A stretch of DNA of 11,264 nt from Candidatus Heimdallarchaeota archaeon (GTDB lineage: Archaea; Asgardarchaeota; Heimdallarchaeia; Heimdallarchaeales; Heimdallarchaeaceae): assembly GCA_030668875.1 (NCBI GenBank), contig DAOVER010000075.1:1-11264 (forward strand), read 5' to 3'. Below, piece after piece: positions 5,957-11,264 of the stretch. Below the pieces are notes generated by a model, which was given only the letters and a program-made list of their open reading frames with translations, did not search any database and was not told the DNA's origin. A program made the translations under genes and the position numbers. Numbering within the stretch: the stretch's first letter is position 1; each line of letters opens with the position of its first letter.

Positions 5957-6528
5957 CTTTTTACACCTATCTCTGCTAAACCACTTTTGATTTTCATCTT
6001 AATGGCATCCTCGTCATCACCTCTGTAAATAACCAGAGTAGAATATTTCTCACAAAAGAGATTGAGCACATTACGTTTAACTAATGTTTCAAAGATCTCT
6101 TCTTGCTCTGTATTTGGTTCATCTAGAGTTCCGATAACTACAAGATGAGGATATTTGTCATATCTCATCTCATGATGAATCTCGTTTTCATAAACACGGA
6201 AGAATGGGGAAATTAAACCAAGTGATCTATCAACTGCTTTTTTCAGTTCAGCAGAATAACCACCGTATGTTATAGGAGTGAGATAGACTAGAATATCTGA
6301 TTGTATCATTTTTTTGGCTACTTCTCTACCATAATCATCAATTATACAAATACCCGGTGTCTGAACCCAACATTTGAAGCAACCCAAACAAGGTTTAATC
6401 TCTTTATCGTGAAGGATAAGAGTAGCTCCTTTGTAATTCATCTGTTGAAATTCTTCAGAAACTATTTGGTTTACTTCTGGAATGAAACTATCGTCCTTAT
6501 ACATTCCATTTAAAATAACATAACTCAT
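5953..6528 (-). CDS. Flavodoxin-family / iron-sulfur flavoprotein-like protein
   Basis: IKPCLGCFKCWVQTPGIC (Cx2Cx2Cx7C, ISF-type [4Fe-4S] motif) and SDILVYLTPITYGGYSAELKKAVDR. Confidence 0.88.
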   Translation of the reverse strand: MSYVILNGMYKDDSFIPEVNQIVSEEFQQMNYKGATLILHDKEIKPCLGCFKCWVQTPGICIIDDYGREVAKKMIQSDILVYLTPITYGGYSAELKKAVDRSLGLISPFFRVYENEIHHEMRYDKYPHLVVIGTLDEPNTEQEEIFETLVKRNVLNLFCEKYSTLVIYRGDDEDAIKMKIKSGLAEIGVKR

Positions 6529-6544
6529 TACATAATCTATAACG

Positions 6545-6575
6545 AATTTCTATATATAATTATGCAATAGAAATT
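6545..6575. promoter_or_regulatory. TATA box (TTATATATA, minus strand, 6551-6559) embedded in a 9-13-9 inverted repeat AATTTCTAT...ATAGAAATT
   Basis: TATA lies about 22 nt upstream of the ATG at 6528. Perfect 9-bp arms at 6545-6553 and 6567-6575. Confidence 0.5.
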
Positions 6576-6623
6576 TGGTTTAAACTTATCTAATGAATCA
6601 CTTAAAAATATCCTCTAATATAG

Positions 6624-7058
6624 TCAATTAATTTCAACTTCTAATGTTAGATTGTTTATACGGACAGTCCAATTTCCAGATGATGGAAATATTACAAACT
6701 GTTGAATCGAACAATACACTACTGCGTGTGTAACTAAACAAGTAGGTTGTATGACAGATACTTTTATCCATAGAACTTCTGGCAAATATTCATCTGAGAA
6801 TACTATTACTGGCGGTAAAATACTATATCCTCCTGTAGGAAAACTAAGTTCTATTGTGAAAATGACATGCTCACCAACTGTTAGATCCCCATCTACTTCA
6901 GCACTATCAAGTTCCCATCCTATTGAATCAATGTAGGCAATTTCGTCTAAATAATGGTTCTTAGTTATAAAAAATGTCAATACTATACTTGTCGATATAA
7001 GTAATACAATTGTTGCTAAGGATGCATACATCACTTTCTTATTTATTCGGAAACTCAT
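6624..7058 (-). CDS. Membrane-anchored beta-rich protein with PTGGY motif (PrcB C-terminal-like), paralog 2
   Basis: N-terminal hydrophobic helix, FPTGGYSI, QPTCLVTHAV. Colinear with 3336-3782 at 67/144 identity. Confidence 0.75.
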   Translation of the reverse strand: MSFRINKKVMYASLATIVLLISTSIVLTFFITKNHYLDEIAYIDSIGWELDSAEVDGDLTVGEHVIFTIELSFPTGGYSILPPVIVFSDEYLPEVLWIKVSVIQPTCLVTHAVVYCSIQQFVIFPSSGNWTVRINNLTLEVEIN

Positions 7059-7154
7059 AGGAATTTATAGATATAAGCACTAATATATTTTCCTACAAAT
7101 CTGATTATTCGGCATTTTGAAACACTATACTTGGAAATTCAATACTAACAAAAT

Positions 7155-7429
7155 ATGTGTGGATTTATTAAATGCGATGAATATGTCATAGAAAAAATAA
7201 AAGTACCTATCCAGATGATTCATGGCGTCAATGATCCCCGATGTCCAGTTGAAGAAAGTAGACAATTTAGAGATAAATTGATTGAAATGGGTTGGAAAGA
7301 AGGGAAGGAAGGGAGAAAACATACGAATATGTCGAATTTGCTGACGAAGGGCATGGAGCATTTTCAGACATAGGTATGAGAATTCGAACTTTCAAACTCT
7401 TCATTGATTTCTTTAAGAGAAGAATATGA
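7155..7429 (+). pseudogene. C-terminal remnant of an S9 (prolyl oligopeptidase/acylaminoacyl peptidase) family alpha/beta hydrolase with a frameshift
   Basis: Frame 1 reads IEKIKVPIQMIHGVNDPRCPVEESRQFRDKL (catalytic Asp). After a 1-nt shift near GGGAGAAAAC (7311-7320) the reading continues TYEYVEFADEGHGAFSDIGMRIRTFKLFIDFFKRRI-stop (catalytic His at 7352-7354, TGA 7427-7429). No GxSxG nucleophile region or propeller domain upstream. Confidence 0.85.
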
Positions 7430-7525
7430 TAGAAATAAGATGTATATGAATATTAATTCATTATAGATTAGAGACATGGTAATTTTCCAGGAAATTTTTA
7501 CCATTTTCTCTCGTTTTCAAAGAGA

Positions 7526-7542
7526 TTATATAATTGGGTGAG
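7526..7542 (+). promoter_or_regulatory. TATA-like TTATATAA (7526-7533) and SD-like GGGTGAG (7536-7542) upstream of the subtilase
   Basis: The SD fits the TTG at 7551, whereas TATA spacing fits a near-leaderless ATG at 7560. Start codon is ambiguous. Confidence 0.45.
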
Positions 7543-7550
7543 ATATTTTT

Positions 7551-9749
7551 TTGATTCTAATGAGGATGAGAGAATCTTATTTGAAAATATTTTGCGTTGG
7601 TATTATTTTATTATTTTTTGTTGGAACGTCAGTACCAACAGTAAGTGAAAAAGAACATTCAAAGAGCAGAACGAGTGGATGGAAAGAATATTTGCCAAAA
7701 GACAACAAGCACATAATCATCGATGCTACAGATTTTTGTGACAAAAACGATCAGTTATGCAAAACGATAATCTTCTTTAAATCTGATGTTACAGTAGAGA
7801 TCACTAACATTGAGATAATTGATTTTTATGAGAATCTTAATGGACTTTATGCTAGTATTCCCTATAGTTTAGCAGAATATCTAAAACATTCTTGGTTTAC
7901 TGATTACGTTGTTCTTTTTGAACAATCATCAGCTAGTGGAAGTGGATCTTATTACTGCCAAGATACATTGGATTGGGGTGTAGATGATATTGATGCAGAA
8001 AAAGTGTGGGGAACAAGTGAGGGTTCTAAAGATGTAGCACCAGACCATGTTTCTGGAGAAGGAATTAAGGTCTGTCTCATTGACAGTGGCATAGACACTG
8101 ACCATGACGACCTTCTTCCCAACTACAAGGGAGGAATAGATTATTTTGATGGAGGAACTCCAGAAGATACTTATGGGCACGGAACAGCATGTGCAGGTGT
8201 GATCTCTGCTATTGATAATCAGTGGGGAACAATAGGTGTAGCACCGAAAATTGATTTATATGTTGTGAGAGCTGGTAATGATGAAATGCTTTCTCCCTCA
8301 GCTATAAATGCTGGAATCTATTGGGCGATAGATCAAGGAATGGATATCATCTCAATGAGTCATGGAAGTCATGTGTTTGATGAAGATATGAGAAGAGGCG
8401 TTGAAGAAGCATATAGAAGAGGGATCATTGTAGTTGCCGGAGCAGGAAATGAAAATTCTGGACATCTAGCTAAACCAGCTGCATACATAAGTGTTCTTGG
8501 TGTGGGTTCTGTGGAACAATATAATGGAGAATATGTAAAATGGGTTGGACCCAATGGGAGAGGAAGTAACTATGATGATACAATCAACATTTTTGACTAT
8601 TTAGATTTTGTTGCTCCAGGAGGGACGGAGGATATTTATACTACAACGTTAAACAACGGTCATAGTAACGCCTTTGGTGGGACTTCTGCCGCTACTGCTC
8701 ACGTAGCAGGAGTATGCGCTTTGATGTTAGAAAATGCAGAAAAAAACAATCAACAGCTGAGCCCAGGGGACATAAGACACATTTTACAAGAGTCTGCACA
8801 AAAAGATTGTTTTGCCATTGATGCTAATCAAATTTCTGGACATCAAGGAGATGAAATAGGCTATGTTGAAAAATATCATGGTTCAGGGTTAGTTAACGTC
8901 CGTGCAGCTATAGATTATTCCTTCCAATACATACTCACAGATACAGATGGAGACGGGCTAACAGATGGGGAAGAAAAAGCGTATAAACTAAACTTTCTCG
9001 ACTCTGATTCTGATGGAGATGGTATGCCAGATGGGTGGGAGTTTGCACAATTTGCCAGGGGATGTTATCTTGATCCTTGCATAAATGACGCTACTAGCGA
9101 CGCGGATGAGGATGGGTTAACGAATATCCAAGAGTATCAAGGATTGACTAATCCAGTGAATAGTGATACAGATAACGATGGGCTAACAGATGGAGAAGAG
9201 GTAAACATTTATGGAACGAACCCTTTCCGACCTGATACAGACTATGACGGCTTATCTGATAGCTGGGAAGTGGCAAATGGATATGACCCCCTAGATCCTG
9301 CTGATGGATCAATTGACACAGATGGAGATGGAATAGGCAATGGCGATGAAACTAGTATCTATAATACTGATTACTTAGACCCAGACACTGACAATGATGG
9401 TCTAACAGATGGAGAAGAAGTGTATGGGTTTACAGTTCCTACATTCATAGAAAGAAAATTCTATACTGACCCCACCAATCCAGACACAGACGGGGACGGG
9501 TTAACGGATGGAGAAGAAAAGGCAGGATTTGATATTGCGGGTGTAGGAGAGCGGTATACAGACCCTACCGATCCAGATACGGATGGAGATGGGTTAGACG
9601 ACCGGATGGAGGTGGCTGTGTGTCATACTGACCCTCGTGACACGGATACAGATGATGACGGATATACAGACTATGAGGAGTTCTGTGCGGGAACTGACCC
9701 CACTGACCCCACAGATTATCCTGGGGGAGGAGGATGGTTAAATCCCTAA
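7551..9749 (+). CDS. Secreted S8 subtilisin-like serine protease with C-terminal thrombospondin type 3-like repeats
   Basis: Signal-peptide-like N-terminus, I9-like propeptide (FYENLNGLYASIP), catalytic Asp IDSGID (8082), His HGTACAG (8178), oxyanion AGNE, Ser GTSAA (8685), then ten DxDxDGxxxxxE repeats. Confidence 0.95.
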   Translation: MILMRMRESYLKIFCVGIILLFFVGTSVPTVSEKEHSKSRTSGWKEYLPKDNKHIIIDATDFCDKNDQLCKTIIFFKSDVTVEITNIEIIDFYENLNGLYASIPYSLAEYLKHSWFTDYVVLFEQSSASGSGSYYCQDTLDWGVDDIDAEKVWGTSEGSKDVAPDHVSGEGIKVCLIDSGIDTDHDDLLPNYKGGIDYFDGGTPEDTYGHGTACAGVISAIDNQWGTIGVAPKIDLYVVRAGNDEMLSPSAINAGIYWAIDQGMDIISMSHGSHVFDEDMRRGVEEAYRRGIIVVAGAGNENSGHLAKPAAYISVLGVGSVEQYNGEYVKWVGPNGRGSNYDDTINIFDYLDFVAPGGTEDIYTTTLNNGHSNAFGGTSAATAHVAGVCALMLENAEKNNQQLSPGDIRHILQESAQKDCFAIDANQISGHQGDEIGYVEKYHGSGLVNVRAAIDYSFQYILTDTDGDGLTDGEEKAYKLNFLDSDSDGDGMPDGWEFAQFARGCYLDPCINDATSDADEDGLTNIQEYQGLTNPVNSDTDNDGLTDGEEVNIYGTNPFRPDTDYDGLSDSWEVANGYDPLDPADGSIDTDGDGIGNGDETSIYNTDYLDPDTDNDGLTDGEEVYGFTVPTFIERKFYTDPTNPDTDGDGLTDGEEKAGFDIAGVGERYTDPTDPDTDGDGLDDRMEVAVCHTDPRDTDTDDDGYTDYEEFCAGTDPTDPTDYPGGGGWLNP
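8940..9720 (+). repeat. Ten TSP3-like Ca-binding repeats (DTDxDGLxDxxE...TDP), partly visible at DNA level
   Basis: Recurrent GA(T/C)GG(G/T)(C/T)TAAC(A/G)GATGG(A/G)GAAGA near 8953, 9178, 9397 and 9496. Ten repeat units counted manually in the protein. Confidence 0.9.
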
Positions 9750-9752
9750 TCC

Positions 9753-9774
9753 TTTTTCTTTTTCTTTTTCTTTT
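9753..9774 (+). terminator. Oligo-T tract terminator after the subtilase
   Basis: TTTTTCTTTTTCTTTTTCTTTT begins 3 nt after the stop; oligo-T tracts are the usual archaeal intrinsic terminators. Confidence 0.65.
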
Positions 9775-9844
9775 GCTCTACATCCTAGGTATCTTGAAAA
9801 TAAAAGAGAATAATTAAATAAGGTAAATATATTAAATAACTAGA

Positions 9845-11264
9845 ATGAAAAAAAACATGCGTAAGCTAGCTTCATTTTTCAGGAAAAAAAATCATTTTTG
9901 TATATTCATTCTTTTACTTGTTTTGTTCGTCCTTTTTCCTCCTTCCACCACTGCAACTAAACATTCAGCGTTCAAATACTCTCCCGTTATTACTCACACA
10001 CCTTCTCACGCTTATGCTCCACATCCCGCAATTCTTATTCTTTCTGACCAGAATTTTACCGATTATGGTTTCCCGGGAACAGGGACAGAAGAAGACCCCT
10101 ATAGAATTGAAAACTACTTCATCAATGTAACGGAGGTTAATCACGCTATTGCGATCTATCACACCTCGAAAAGGTTTATTGTCCAAAACTGTTATCTTAT
10201 GACCAATGGGGAAGGAATGTATTCACGAGGCGCTGGAATCTATATTGAGAACACAACATACAGCCGGCCAATCATCAGAGATAATGTTTGTGTAGACTGT
10301 GACAGTTGGGGGATAAGACTCTTTATTGCTCATTATGCCACCATCATTAACAACACTTGCATCAACAACAGTAAAGATGGAATAAATGTTTGGGGGTCCG
10401 CTGAACCAATAGTCACAAACAATACTTGTGTAAAAAACCAAGGAGGAGGAATAGTCATTATTGGTGCTACCGACGCTATAATTGAGAATAATATCTGTGA
10501 AGAAAATGAAGTGAGTGGGATCTATTTGGGGTCAGTGTCCTTTCAAATCTACTCAAGAAACAGATGTGAGAACAACAAGATGTATGGGATGATTTTTACC
10601 GGATGCGATGGGACAATTACGGAGAATTATTGTGCAAATAATAGTTTAGCGGGGATAAGGATAGGTGCTCATCTTACGCTTGTTAATAATACTTGCTATG
10701 GGAATAGGTATGGGATATATACAAAGGAGTCCTTTTATTCTTATACGCTTAACAACACTTGTATTAACAATGATTATGGGCTCTTCATTGATCAAGGGTC
10801 TTGGTATAATACCGTGGCAAATAATACTATTATTAACAGCACCTATGATGGGATCTATGCTAGGTGGACTAGGGAACTTCTTGTTCTTCACAATCGGATA
10901 GAAAACAGCAAAGGTTTTGGAGTCTATCTTGAAGGATGGGCAAATGACTCGGTCATCGCTTACAATTCGTTCATCAACAACAATCCTGGTGGAGTTTCGC
11001 AGGGGTGTGATGATGGGTTTAGGAACACCTGGTATGATAAGGAAACTAAGAGGGGAAATTACTGGAAAGATTACGAAGGAAAAGGATCATATGCTATAGC
11101 AGGTCGGGCAGAAGCAAAAGATAAGTATCCCCTTACAGAAAATATGGAGCGTGTTCACAATGTAAGTCCATATTGGGCATTAACAAGCCTAGTCGTACTT
11201 CCTGTATCTATCTTGCTAACGATTTTATGTAAAAGGAAAAAGAACTATAAATGTAAATTTGTAC
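9845..11264 (+). CDS. NosD/CASH-type right-handed parallel beta-helix cell-surface protein, 3' end at window edge
   Basis: Manual translation is open for 473 codons to the edge: basic plus hydrophobic signal (RKKNHFCIFILLLVLFVLF), FPGTGTEEDPYRIE motif, repeated GI..I.NN.C.NN coils, NosD-like GNYWKDY...DKYPL, and C-terminal TM plus basic tail (LVVLPVSILLTILCKRKK). The start may be ATG 9857. Missing from the ORF track. Confidence 0.9.
   Translation, partial: MKKNMRKLASFFRKKNHFCIFILLLVLFVLFPPSTTATKHSAFKYSPVITHTPSHAYAPHPAILILSDQNFTDYGFPGTGTEEDPYRIENYFINVTEVNHAIAIYHTSKRFIVQNCYLMTNGEGMYSRGAGIYIENTTYSRPIIRDNVCVDCDSWGIRLFIAHYATIINNTCINNSKDGINVWGSAEPIVTNNTCVKNQGGGIVIIGATDAIIENNICEENEVSGIYLGSVSFQIYSRNRCENNKMYGMIFTGCDGTITENYCANNSLAGIRIGAHLTLVNNTCYGNRYGIYTKESFYSYTLNNTCINNDYGLFIDQGSWYNTVANNTIINSTYDGIYARWTRELLVLHNRIENSKGFGVYLEGWANDSVIAYNSFINNNPGGVSQGCDDGFRNTWYDKETKRGNYWKDYEGKGSYAIAGRAEAKDKYPLTENMERVHNVSPYWALTSLVVLPVSILLTILCKRKKNYKCKFV

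Noticed and set aside
7305-7325. Programmed ribosomal frameshift in the S9 fragment
   Set aside because: No canonical slippery heptamer, and the gene lacks its nucleophile Ser and N-terminal domain, so decay is the simpler explanation.
7476-7504. Imperfect palindrome ATGGTAA...TTACCAT upstream of the subtilase
   Set aside because: The interior is asymmetric and AT-rich; it cannot be distinguished from chance without comparative data.
8940-9720. CRISPR array or tandem DNA repeat
   Set aside because: The repeats are in-frame, degenerate at third codon positions and encode TSP3-like units. No CRISPR array, tRNA or rRNA was seen in the window.
526-11099. Short ORF-track entries (526-723, 791-976, 1470-1706, 3308-3490, 5509-5700, 6301-6513, 6751-6936, 7125-7361, 7929-8180, 8369-8554, 9918-10130, 9965-10186, 10223-10441, 10646-10891, 10665-10901, 10917-11099)
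   Set aside because: All lie antisense to, or out of frame within, well-supported genes and show no recognisable motifs; they are shadow ORFs.

Overview
AT-rich prokaryotic window. TATA-like promoters, GGTG-type Shine-Dalgarno sites, a COG2521-type methyltransferase and secreted S8/NosD proteins suggest an archaeon, possibly Heimdallarchaeia/Asgard (inference only). From left to right it holds: (1) an overlapping minus-strand operon of an isochorismatase-family hydrolase, a thioredoxin-reductase-fold flavoprotein lacking CxxC, and an RlmN/Cfr-like radical SAM protein that runs off the window and lacks the resolving Cys; (2) a candidate 33-aa basic ORF and an archaeal SAM-dependent methyltransferase; (3) two 46% identical membrane-anchored PTGGY (PrcB-C-like) paralogs bracketing a solo tnpB and a flavodoxin-fold gene pair; (4) a frameshifted S9 peptidase remnant; (5) a secreted subtilase with 10 TSP3-like Ca-binding repeats; (6) a NosD-type beta-helix surface protein running off the right edge. 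The ORF track missed both edge ORFs. The most striking observation is the tnpB: it has the rearranged, Fanzor-like RuvC-II active site and is bounded by a 30-bp inverted repeat (26/30 identical). The left copy abuts the start codon and apparent TATA box of the neighbouring gene, and the right copy sits just upstream of the tnpB TATA box.
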